DNA from: Octopus sinensis
Lineage: Eukaryota
Assembly (NCBI RefSeq): GCF_006345805.1
Contig: NC_043016.1
Location: 20,336,001 to 20,400,000, forward strand
Direction: 5' to 3'
Length of the DNA stretch: 64,000 nt
Below, piece after piece: positions 37,975 to 49,778 of this stretch (the stretch's first letter is position 1; every line of letters begins with the position of its first letter). The notes beneath the pieces are model-generated. The model did not search any database and had not been told where the DNA came from. It worked only from the letters and a program-made list of their open reading frames with translations. Made by a program: the position numbers and the translations under genes.

Positions 37975-38810
37975 TAGGCATTGTCAGTAAGTGCATTCTT
38001 GATACTATCCAGTCAGATATTAGAAGGGCCCATATTAATGGGATTCCACCACAGTTCTGATTGACTAATTCCATGGAATCAAAAATAAATAAATAAACCT
38101 GCAAATTCACACAGTTCGACATTGTGGACTTGTACCCTTCTATATTTTTCCTGTCAGACCTAGATTTTGCTAGGCAATTTACCAGTATAAGCAACCTTGA
38201 TGTCAGAATCATCATAGGCATCAGAAAGTCAATTTTGGTTCTCAATGATTCCTTTTGGATGAAGAAAGGTGATATACTGTTCAACATTTCTATGGGGAGC
38301 TACAGGGTTAGATCGGTACCCTTATCATGTTATTTCTCTTGGATACCTTCAAGAAATGCACACAAACACACAAGTTGGCCCATTTACAGGGATGACAGCC
38401 TGAATTTCTCAAATCATATGAATGGCTTTGATAAAAATATTCAAAGAATTTGGCTTGTCATAACAGATACCACCAACTTGACCATGGCTGACATTCTAGA
38501 TATGACCCTAGACCTGAAAATGGACAAGTACTACCTTTACAGGAAGCTCAATGAGGAAACTGTGTACATCTACAGAAGCTTTAACCATCCACACCCCCAG
38601 TTGTAATTAGAAACCTAGTTTTAAGCTTCAGCAGAAAAAATATCTAAGCTTCCAGCAGAGAGGGAGATATTCAATAGAATCCCTCACCACCACTACAAAT
38701 ATACAATGGCAAGGTGTGAATTTCCTGAGAAATTAGCATATGGAGGATCACCAACCTCCACCTCTGCACCCAAAGAGGAACAAAAGGAGAGGTAATCTGG
38801 TTCACCCCTC
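37975..38810 (+). mobile_element. Penelope-like element RT fragment
   Basis: FTQFDIVDLYPSI, FNISMGSY, YRDDSL, LDMTLDL..YYLYRKLNEETVYI. Confidence 0.85.
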
Positions 38811-38869
38811 CCCCATTGTGTGTGTGCACATATTCATAAATTACGTATATAAATTATACAGATATCTTT

Positions 38870-39060
38870 TACCTTTTACTTGTTTCACTCGTTAGACTGG
38901 GACACTACCTTGAATTTTAGTCCACCAAATCAACCCCAGTGCTTATTTATTTTTAAGCCTGGTACATTTATTCTATCAGTAACTTTTGCTGAACCTCTAA
39001 GTAAACACACCACTTGTTATTAAGTGGGAATGGGGGACAAACATGGATGCAAAGACACAT
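38870..39060 (-). mobile_element. SINE fragment
   Basis: Diverged match to the 3' half of 4981..5370. Confidence 0.65.
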
Positions 39061-39156
39061 ACACATTAATACATATATAGATTTACATATACATGCAGTG
39101 GGACTGTATATATACATACATACACACTTTTATTAAAGCTGCAAAATTATCACAAA

Positions 39157-39198
39157 AACTGTCACTCGGAGTTTCACATTCCAATTCACTGGACAGTT
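39157..39198 (-). ncRNA. Degenerate minimal hammerhead motif
   Basis: aactgt ccagtga attggaatgt GAAA CTCcGAG tg acagtt, then AATAAA; stems intact, core decayed. Confidence 0.5.
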
Positions 39199-39618
39199 GT
39201 GATGAAAACCAAATTAAAATTGTGATGGTGCATGTAATAATTGTGATGTAATGTAATTCAAATACATGAATAAACATTTAAGTTTGATTGGATGGTTGAT
39301 GTTCAAAACATAACAGTGTAATATTCATTACCAGCTGGGTGTTTGGGAGGGTTTGAAAATTACCAGTAAGGTATATATAAATATAAATATTACATGATCA
39401 AAAAAGAACCTTGAGTGCATGTATTTATGTATATGATTTTTACCTATTTACATGTAAGCTGTTTATTAATTATTAATATTCTATTTATTTTAATATCACT
39501 TATTTTTCATCTCATTTTTTTTAACACCCATCTCATGATCCCACTTCAATATTAATTATTATCAATTAATTATTTTCTGAACTCCACCCCCTGCTCTAGT
39601 ACACACACACACACATAA

Positions 39619-39689
<71 letters not shown>

Positions 39690-41983
39690 ATTAAGATAAT
39701 GAAGACTAGGAAAGCCTCTGGTCCATTAGGAATTACTTATGAAATGCTTAAAATACCTAGCAGTCTAAGATATGGCCACATCACTTGCATTGTTAATCAG
39801 GTTGTACAGGAAGAGATTATACCTAATGCCTAGTGTAGCAGAATCATAATCAACAAAGAAAGAGTTATTACAGAGGTACCAACTTACTGGACCATATTAT
39901 GAAAATCACTGAGAGTTATAACAAAATTAATTGGAAAGGGAGTTAACCTAGATAAGATGCAGTTTGGTTTTTGTGCTAGGAAGAAGCACTAATGATAATG
40001 ATGCTCTCATTATATTATAGTTTGTCAATTACAGGAGAAGTATTTACTAAAAAGTAAGCCACTATACTTAGCATCTGCTGACTTGGAGAAAGCTTTGTGA
40101 AAGGTAGGAGAGTCCAGTTTGCTGGACATTGTTGTAGAGCTGAAAACGAGGCAATTTCTACTCTTCTCTGGAAGCCATCTACTCGCGATACCAGAGGGCA
40201 CACACTCTTCTACCCTGATGTAATCTCCAGGGATACAGGCATCCAGCAACAGGACCTCCGTAATGCTATGATGGACCGTGAAGTCTGGCGTAGCATGGTA
40301 AATTCCATTGTCTCAACCACGGTCGAACAATGATGATGGTGATTTGATAGAGTGTCGATCTTTCATCTGATAGTAGCTACAATAGCCTAGGAGTAGATGA
40401 GTAGCTACTGAGAGCTATTCAAATCATGTATAGCAGGGATGCCATTAGGAAAGTGAGAGCTAAAGTGTACAGCAATGAATTAAGAATGAAGGTAAGAGTT
40501 TATCACTGTCTAGTTATCAATCTCTTTTATTTATCATAGTCCTCCAGAGTATAACAGAGAAATTTACAATCAGTTATACATCGGAACTCCTCTATGCTGA
40601 TAACTTTGTACTTAGCTGAAAGTGTAGAAGGATTAGAATTCAAATTCTAAGTATGGAAACAAAATCTGGAATCAAGAGGTCTTGAAGCTAACTTAACAAA
40701 GACTAACATTCTGATTAGTAGGAAAATAGACAGAACGCTAATCCCTTCAGGTAAATAGCATTGTTCCCTTTGTAGACAAAGTGTAGGTCAAGATTTTATA
40801 TGATGTGCTCAGTGCAGACTATGGACACATAAGAGGTGCAATGGAATCACAGGAAAGTTAACAGAGAAAGTGGAATTTGTCTGTGGCAGATGTGCAGGAA
40901 CAATAAATAATAGAAGCATACATTTTGAAATGCCCAGGAGGCTCCCTAGAAGTGCTAGATAATTTCTATTACCTAGACGGCCTAATTAGCAGTGGCAGAG
41001 GATACTCTGAAAGAATAGTTGTTACAATACGAATTGGCCGGAGAAAATTCAGAGAGCCTTTATTGCTGATAGCAACAAAAGGTCTCTCTTACAGAATGAA
41101 AGACAGCTTTGTGATACCTGTATATAAACAGCAATGCTATATGGCTGTGAAACTTGGGCTGTGAATGCATAGGACTTGCAAAGTCTTGAACAAAATGAAA
41201 CAAGTATGCTCTGATGGATGTGCAACGTCAGTGTGCATATACAGAGAAAAATTGGGCATAAGAGGTATCAGATGTAGTATGCAAGTGAGAAGACGGCACT
41301 GGTATGGTCATGTGATGTGGATGGATAAGTACAGCTGTATAAAGAAGTGACTAATCACTAAATGTGGAAGGAAAATTTGGAAAAGGTAGACCTTAGACGA
41401 TGTGGGACAAAGCAGTGAAGACGGACTTTAAGATACTGAGCCTCTCAGAGGAGATGATGAGACTGTGATGAATGGCGGTTTGCTGTACTTGAGAAGACCC
41501 ATTCATCTCTGTCAAGCCTTCCTCCACAACACATACCCAACTCATTTCCTATCACAAATCATGTCACACTATTTTCACTCAGTGCACTTATCTACACATC
41601 CACATTTTCTCCATTTTTATTCTAGTATCTCATATTCACATTGTACCCAGATCCTAACCTCTCTAGCCCCGCCTCTCTCTCTCTCCAAATAAGGAAGCTA
41701 TGTATTTACCTCTTCAGTACAACACCTGCTCCTCTCCCTCTATCATAGTTTCTTATCCCTCCAGCCTATACCCCACTCAGTTGAGGGGTCTTACCTTGCA
41801 GGTACTTGATAGCTTCCCTGGTGCTGGTACCACATAAAAAGCACCAAATACACTCTGTTAAGTAGTTGGTATTAGGAAGGGCATCCAGCTGTAGAGACCA
41901 TGTGAAGCCCTCTGGCTTGTCTGTTCTTGTCAAACCGTCCAACCCATGCCAGCATGGAAAAAAGAATGTTAAATGATGATGAT
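39690..41983 (+). mobile_element. RTE LINE 3' half including 3' UTR (degenerate)
   Basis: MKTRKASGP, MQFGF, DLEKAFD, YADN, Cys-rich finger, LDNFYYLD, HWYGHVM, (gat)n tail. Confidence 0.88.
40097..40341 (+). mobile_element. 5'-truncated RTE of a second family inserted into an RTE RT
   Basis: ORF KGRRVQFAGHCCR...MMDREVWRSMV with (gat)n tail splits the host DLEKAF|DRV motif; short tttg duplication. Confidence 0.85.
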
Positions 41984-42789
41984 GTAGAAAAGACAGAGAA
42001 ATACAAATTTCACAGATAAATCATAATTTAATGACTTTCATCAGCTGTTTCATTAAAATAAACGTAATTAATTCTATAATTATGTAATAAAGATACATAA
42101 TCAATGAGAATACATTCAAATTAACTAAAGCTAAATAAGTGCTTATCTGAAATTATCAGGAATATCAATGCCATAAGCTGATGCTCATTTAAATATGAGA
42201 TTGACAAAATTGACCATATATATACACATATATATACATACATACACACACATCTCTCTCCCACCAGAGCTCTTTCCCCTTCCCCATAGCAATTTTGTCT
42301 CTTGCTACTCAGAACCAACTCCTTTGTCAGCCATTCTTCATCCATTAATATTGTTCTCCACACCCATATGTTACAATGTCCCCCCCCACCACCACCACCA
42401 CACAGAGACTTTTTTTGACCTTGTGCACTATGTCAGTTTATCGCTCTATTCCACTCCTGCAGTCTACCCGAACTTATCATCTCTCTTCTTCCCCTGTCTA
42501 TGGTAACATCATTACTTCTTTGCTACTAGCATCTCTCTAGCCTCCCCTCAACTGTTCCCAATCAAAGATATTGCCAACCCCACCTTCCCTTATCTCTTTC
42601 ATCACAAACTCTTGCGAAACCCCATCCACTACTACCCCTCTTACCACCACAATCTAACCCTTTTGAGATGCCACCAATTCATTCTCACTCTCTCTCTCCT
42701 AAATATGAGTTGCCATGTAGCTCCTCTACAACAATAACCAGTTCTACTCCAGTCTCTTCTGTCATACCTTAATTTCCATATAACATAAA

Positions 42790-43030
42790 GAAGCACCCCA
42801 CCTCCCTGGATTTGTAGACCTGCAAGCTACATAGTGATTTCAATAGTTCTGGTGGCATGAACAAATTACCCAGTATACACAAAAAAAGTGGTTGACAATT
42901 AGGAAGATTATCCAGCTATAGAAACCATACCAAAGTAGACACTGGAACATGATGCAGTCCTTCAACTCAATGGATCCTTGTCAAACCATCTAACCCATAC
43001 CAACATGAAACGTGAACATTAAATGATAAT
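42790..43030 (+). mobile_element. RTE 3' UTR tail
   Basis: tccagctatagaaacc...gtcaaaccatctaacccataccaacatg...attaaatgat. Confidence 0.7.
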
Positions 43031-43031
43031 G

Positions 43032-44173
43032 TATATATATAAATGGCAATTTCCGTCTGTCTGTCTATCTGTTACTATCTTAGTGCCTAAACCAGCAAAC
43101 CAATATTCATGAAACTTTGCATACATGTTACACCAACATCCAGTTCAATAATAGGCTAATTAGATTTCAATAAAAATCTATGTGCCCCCAAGGACGTTGG
43201 GCAAGTTACATGATAAAATAAGAAGATTGCAAAAAGTATTAGTCTGAGGGTAAGGTAGTAACAGAGAGAGGGTGACATATCAGTGAAGGCGAGAACAGCA
43301 GTAGCAATGGGATAGTAATGTTACTACAGCTGTTATATACTCATGATGCTGCTTACATACTTTCGTAAATACATAGATACAACACAAACACACACAGAGA
43401 AAGGGGTGTGTGTGAGGAATACATAACTTTAATGAGAGAGAGGGTAGGTGGCTTTTCTGCTGTCCATTGCAAAGAAACACTCACATACATATATATAATA
43501 TATATACATATGTACATACATACACACATTTACTATACACCATTTTAAACTCATGATTACCTGTGTACAAATGTGCATGTGTGTGTGTGTGTGAGAGAGA
43601 GATGCCCCCCTACTTTTGGAGGGCCTTCCCTGTTGTTGTCATGTATTCTGAGATTTTAAAATTATGTCAAAATTTTCAAACTTGGTATATTGAAATAATT
43701 TTCCACATTAAATCCGATCTTGTTATTTATTTGTTTCAGAAAAGTTACAGAAAAATGTTACTGAGGTTTAAAGTAATCAATTTTACCTAATCAGAAAACA
43801 GGATTTGGAAGCTGGCATTTTCTACATGATAGCTGGCATTTTCAGCATGATAGCTGTCTATCACAAAATGAAAGCAAAATCATTAGGAAGAATTTTTATT
43901 AAACAAATGAAAGCAAAGCATTACAACAACCAAAGTTGTAAGAACCTCTAAAGTTTTAAAGAATGAAGTCATGTGAAAAGGTCAAACGGATATCTAAATA
44001 ATTTAAAATGGAAAAAATCCTCAATGATGATTTTTGGCGAAGAATTACACAAATTTGTCCTGATTAAGAGGCCTATCTTTCAAGGAAGGCATGCTCTGAC
44101 ATGGAATAAATAAATATTTATATAAGACATTCTATTGTAAAAATTGCCTGGCAACGACGGGCTATTTAGCTAG
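43032..44173 (+). mobile_element. Non-autonomous Helitron-like element
   Basis: 5' tatatataaatggc..(tctg)n..ttcatgaaactttgcataca; 3' hairpin gcctggcaacgacgggc followed by CTAG|T at 44170-44174. Confidence 0.7.
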
Positions 44174-44944
44174 TATATAATAAAATGTGGTACATGAGAA
44201 CAACAAAAAATCAAACAGAAAAAAGTAAAAATACAATGGACATGAACAGCCTTTACCACTCCCCAGTTATTGATTAAAAACCATCATGATCTCAACACCT
44301 GATAATATTGTTCAATTTGGTGATGTCAGCAACATAAGATGCTGGGGTATAAATGAGTGAATACAAAAGACAAGTATAAACAAGAATAAATAAAGACAAG
44401 TTAAAAAAAAAAAGATGAAGCTTCTAGAACAAGTGGTAGAAGGATGAGTTATGAGGGAAATATCTCTAAAAGTAAAATCAAAGATAGTAATGAAAAAGAA
44501 AATATATAATAAATGACACAAATATTTGTATACATAAAAGAACAGAATTAAGACATGCTAAAGTAATGTTAATAGAAAAGAAAGTGATACTTTTGGACAT
44601 AGAAAAATATATGTAGGAAAATGATATAAATGATTTTAAACATGCAAACCATGAGCTGGAAATAAATTTTAAAATTTAGACAAATCAGAAGCTGAAAAAA
44701 AAAAAATAAGGCAATGGACCAAAAGAATAGATAGTCTTAAAAACAGGATGGTACTGTAGTGTCTCCTGTGAGAGAAGAAAAAGGGAAACAGTGGGTTGAG
44801 AGAAAGACAAAGAATGGTCGAGAGGAAAAAATAAAACAGAGTAGGAATGGCTAAATCAAAAAAAGTTAGAAAACAGTTACAAAGAAAGAAGGATATATAT
44901 ATATTATGAAAGAAGGTTTGAAAATGCAATTTCAAAGATGTTTA

Positions 44945-44993
44945 TTCACTTGACCGGTTTCACTTTTTTAGAAAAAGATTGTCAAAAGTAAAA
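44945..44993 (-). ncRNA. Minimal hammerhead with UUGANAA core, inverted upstream of a PLE
   Basis: tttactt TTGACAA t cttttt cta aaaaag t GAAA CCGG TC^ aagtgaa taaa. Confidence 0.65.
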
Positions 44994-45024
44994 TGTAAAG
45001 CTTTGTATAAGCTTTGTTGTGTTA

Positions 45025-48000
45025 AGTACTGGTTGTCCAACTCCACAATACCCTAACCTGAGTGAAATACAGGATATCTCACACTTTTGCAGAAAATTAT
45101 GCCTCACAGAGGAATTTTTTGACAAAGAAATCAATAACGATTAAATCAATGGTTCGTAACAAAAGGCAGAAACAAAACTTTGGACAAATTTTGTGACTAC
45201 ATTTCAATCTTTCCTTATAGTGAACTTTCACAACCTAAACCCAAACCCAATACTAGTAAAAGGGGATGGGAAATCATCTATGAGTTACGAAACAATTATG
45301 ACATCACAATCAAGGAAGCAGTACTGTCATCATTATGGATACTGAACAGTATAACTACTCTGTATCTCACCTTTTACAAGATACTACCTACTATTCACAA
45401 ACAATATGGATATTATCCATAATGTTAAAGTGATGCCGATAATGATCTCGGATCACAACATAATAGAGCTGTCTATGTATGGACCAAAAGCCCCCGTAGA
45501 CACACAGCCTATACGAAGCATCCACCATCTCTCCAACTTAAACTTTCATAAAGCAAACTGGAAGTTGATTGAGAAAGAGATCCTCAAACAGGATTGGCCT
45601 AAATGTCTCTCCACACCGGACATTAACATGAAACACAAACACTTCATGTCCATAATACAAGCCATATGTGACAAATATGTCCCAGTGTACAGGGCCAGCA
45701 CACACAAAAACAGGATCCCTAGAGAAAGGAGGATTCTTATGAGACGACGGACAAGGATTGCGAACCGCCTGAGCAAGCACACCAAAAGTGGTGAGAAGTC
45801 TCGGCTTGAGAGAATGCTAATGGAAATTGAGAAAAATCTGCATCAATCCCATGAAAAGGAGAGAGCAGATAAAGAAGTTTGGATAATAGAAAATATAAAA
45901 TCAAACCCTAAAGCTTTCTTTAAGTTTGCCAAAGAGACAGCCACAGTGCACCAGAGAATAGGACCTCTCTTCCAAAAAGATGGCTCTCTCACAGGAAATC
46001 CCACAAGGATAAGTGAAATACTGAACGAACAATTCCAAAGTGTGTTCACTACACCTCTGGGACACAGGCAAGTAAACAACCCAGACGAATTCTTTGCCAC
46101 TTTACCTGTGGCCAAAGAGGCAAAAATTGAGTACATCAACATTGAAGATGATGATATCACACTAGCCATAGATGAGATTAACACAAACTCAACTGCTGAA
46201 CCTGATGGATTTCCAGCGATCCTTCTCAAATCATGCAAACGAGCCCTTGCAAAACCGCTACAGCTACTTTTTCAGAGCTTCCTTGCAAGTGGTAAGCTCC
46301 CAGCCAAATTGAAAGAGGGGGTAATATGTCCTATCCATAAGGGAGGTAGCAGAGCAGATGCTAAAAATTATAGGCCTATCTCTCTGACCTCAAACATCAG
46401 CAAAGTCATGGAATGAATAGTCCACAAGAAACTAATCATGTACCTGGATTTCGACCAGGTAGAAGCTGCCTAACACAGCTCCTGCAACACTATACTGGGT
46501 GTTAAAACAGCTACTAAATGGCTCAAATGTGGATGTAATATATCTCGACTTTGCAAAAGCCTTTGATAAAGTCGACCATGGTATGATCTGTCACAAACTG
46601 CGTGGTCTCGGCAGAGGCGGAAAACTTGGAGAGTGGCTGCTCAACTTCCTAAAAGACAGAAGACAGGCAGTTGTGAGCAATGGAGCCACCTCCAAGGAAA
46701 CACAAATAACAAGCGGTGTTCCACAGGGCACTGTCTTGGGGGCCACTGCTGTTCATAGGGGCCCTTTCAGACATGCCTTCAGTTGCTACGATGGCCACCC
46801 TTGCTAGCTATGCAGATGACACAAAAGTCTCCCACACAATACAAAACCCTGAAAATATTGCGCATCTGCAACAGGAGTTGGATAAAATATATAGGTGGGT
46901 GGAGGACAACAACATGCAGCTTAATGCAGGTAAGTTCCAGGCCCTGCGCTACTGGCACACAAAGGTAAACGATATGCAGACTGGATACACTGGCCCAGGA
47001 AGAATTGCAATCCCTGAGTGAAAATCAGTGTGTGACCTAGGCATTGACATGAGCAATGATGCATCTTTCCAAGTGCATATTACTAATCTGGTGATAAAAT
47101 GCAGACGGCTAGCTGGATGGATTCTCCGAACTTTCAGAACAAGAGAGAAGGAGACACTGATGGTCCTCTGGAAAACATTCATCCTCAGCCACTTGGACTA
47201 CTGCTCCCAACTATGGTCACCACCCAATATAAAACTAACAGCAGAACTCGAAGCAATTCAGAGAAGCTACACAAAGAAGATCGTCTCAATGCAAAATATC
47301 AGCTACTGGGAAAGACAAAGTATTAAACCTCTTCTCCCTAGAGCGGAGGCGGGAGAGATATGCGGTGATATACATCTGGAAAATCCTGGAGGGTCTTGTC
47401 CCAAACTTTGGCATTCAAAGTTACCCCAATCGCAGAACGGGGCGCCACTGCATGGTGCCAAAGATTCCAACATCACCATCAAAATACAGGACCAGATACT
47501 GCAACAGCTTGGGTTTCAGAGGACCACAGCTCTTTAACATCCTCCCTAAATGCCTAAGAGACTTACATGGTGTGGATGTGAGTTTCTTTAAAACTAAACT
47601 GGATCTCTTCTTGTCGGGAGTCCCAGATGAATCTACCTCACGACAGGAGACGCAGATGCGGGCAGCAGCATCGAACTCCCTTGTTGATCAAGTGCCACGT
47701 ATCAGAGGTGGATTCACATATTAGTGTAGCTCATTCAGCGGTGGTGCCCCAGCATGGCAGCGGCCTTCGGGCTAAAACATTTTTAAGGATTTAAGAGCAA
47801 TCAGAACAATTACCAAATTAGACACACTCATTTGCCAACATCGAAATAATTTAACAGCAAAGGAATGTGACTACATAACAAACTTTAATTGCAAAACCAG
47901 CATCCTCTATGAACTTCCAAAAATCCACAAGAGCAAAATTATTACTGAAGCTTGCAAAAAGTCCTCTTCAACCTGCATCACTGTGCCACATCCGACTGAT

Positions 48001-49258
48001 CTCAAACTGAGACCAATTGTGGCAGGCCCAAACAATGAAACACACAGATTAAGCAACTTTATTGATATCATCTTAAAACCAATATTTAAACACATACCAA
48101 GTATTGTAAGAGATGACCTGGACCTATTAAATCATCTCCTCAAACATACCAATAAAGACATTTTCATTGTCTCCTATGATATAATAAACCCTTACACTAC
48201 GATCCCACATGAATATGGACCGGAAGTCATTAAATTCTTGCAAGAAAAATATCTCAATGAGGTCCTGGAAAGAATAAAAAAAGAATTCATCATCAAGGGC
48301 CTTACGTTTATTCTCCAAAACAACTTTATGAATTTTCATAATAACACCTACAGACAGGTATCAGCGACTGCAATGGGTACTAAAGTTGCTCCTACTTATG
48401 CAAATCTGGTGATGGCCTACCTAGAATTACAAATTTATGACAAATCCAAATATAAGTATGGCCTGTCTTTCCACAAATACCTGTTGGAGAATTGGAAATG
48501 CCACTTAGATAATTGCCTCATCCTATGGTCCCACACACTCAACCAACTTATTGACTTCAAAAACCTAATCAACAGTGTCAACAACCATATCCAATTTACA
48601 ATGGAATATAGTCAAGACCAACTTCCTTTTCTTGACATTCTTCTTATTAAAAAAGGCACCAACATTGAAACAGATACCCACTACAAACCAACTGATTACA
48701 AACAATACCTTCTGTTCACCTCCAATTACCCAAAGCACACGAAGACAAACATCCCCTTCAACCTAATGAGAAGAATCTGCACAATTGTCTCAAATCATAG
48801 AACACGAAATAAAAGACTCCAAGAAATAAGAGCAATTCTTCTTGAAAAACATTACCCAGCATCACTAGTTAACAGTGAAATAGAACGGGCCCAGACTATT
48901 ACTACCCAAGACTTATGAAAACCAAAACACACTCAAGGTACAGTAAATAACCTCCCCTATCTCTCAATACACAATCCAAGAAATGCAGAAGCTTACACAA
49001 TTATATACAAGAACATCCTACAGCTGAATCAAGACCCACGTCTAAAAAAGTACTCGCAACCCATAAAATAATAAAAGCAAAAGACAACCCAAATCCCGAA
49101 AAAACCTACTCACCAATGCAAAATTACCTAACACAAGCCCACCGACAAAAAATGTAGTCGTTCCAACTGCAGGACTTGCATCCACCTCATTGAAGGAACA
49201 ATGTAAAAATTCCAGTTGGGACACGCTTTTGTCATAAAAAATAACTTCACCTGTGCAT
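45025..49258 (+). mobile_element. Penelope-like element (RT plus Cys linker), split by a LINE and 3'-truncated
   Basis: YELPKIHK, RPIVAG, SYDIINPYTTIP, YRQVSATAMG, LPFLDI (ORF 47983..48918); KKCSRSNCRTC linker; N-terminal part ITIKEA...LQDTTYY at 45300-45418. Confidence 0.92.
45419..47795 (+). mobile_element. 5'-truncated CR1/jockey-group LINE, relatively young
   Basis: SDHN, NYRPISLTS, YLDFAKAFDKVDH, GVPQGTVLG, YADD, LDYCSQLW, stop at 47724; short 3' UTR and (ttaagga)n-like tail; few frameshifts. Confidence 0.95.
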
Positions 49259-49778
49259 CAATTTTGGAATTTATTGCGTTTTTAAATTTTGTAATCTATT
49301 TTTATCGAGAATTCTATTTTTGAATCATTTTGGAATCTATTTTGTTTTTCTCTAGTTAATTTTAATTAGTTTTTGTTTATTTTCAGATCATTAAAATGGA
49401 ATGTCAAGTTTAAAAAAATGAGCATTTTTGACACTTCCTTCTTTTTGCTTGTAATCAAGGTTCTAAGGCTGCAAAAGCTGCTTGCGACATTTGTGCTGTG
49501 TATGGAGAGGGTACCATAGTCGAAAGAACCGCTCTTAATAGGTATGCCAAGTTCAAAAATGGAAATTTTGACCTCGAAGACGCACCTCATTGTGGTTGTC
49601 CAGTTGAGTTCAATGAAGAGCGATTAAACTAACTTTTGCATGAAAATTCTTGTCAAATGACAAGGTAACTGGCAGAGAAATGGAATGTTCTCACACTACT
49701 ATAGAGAAGCATCTTCACTCAATGGAAAAGGTTCAGAAGTATGGAGCATGGATTCAGCATGCTTTAAGTGACAAGAAC
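49259..49778 (+). mobile_element. mariner 5' fragment (HTH region)
   Basis: AAKAACDICAVYGEG...YAKFKNGNFDLEDAP.CGCP...GAWIQHALS. Confidence 0.85.
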
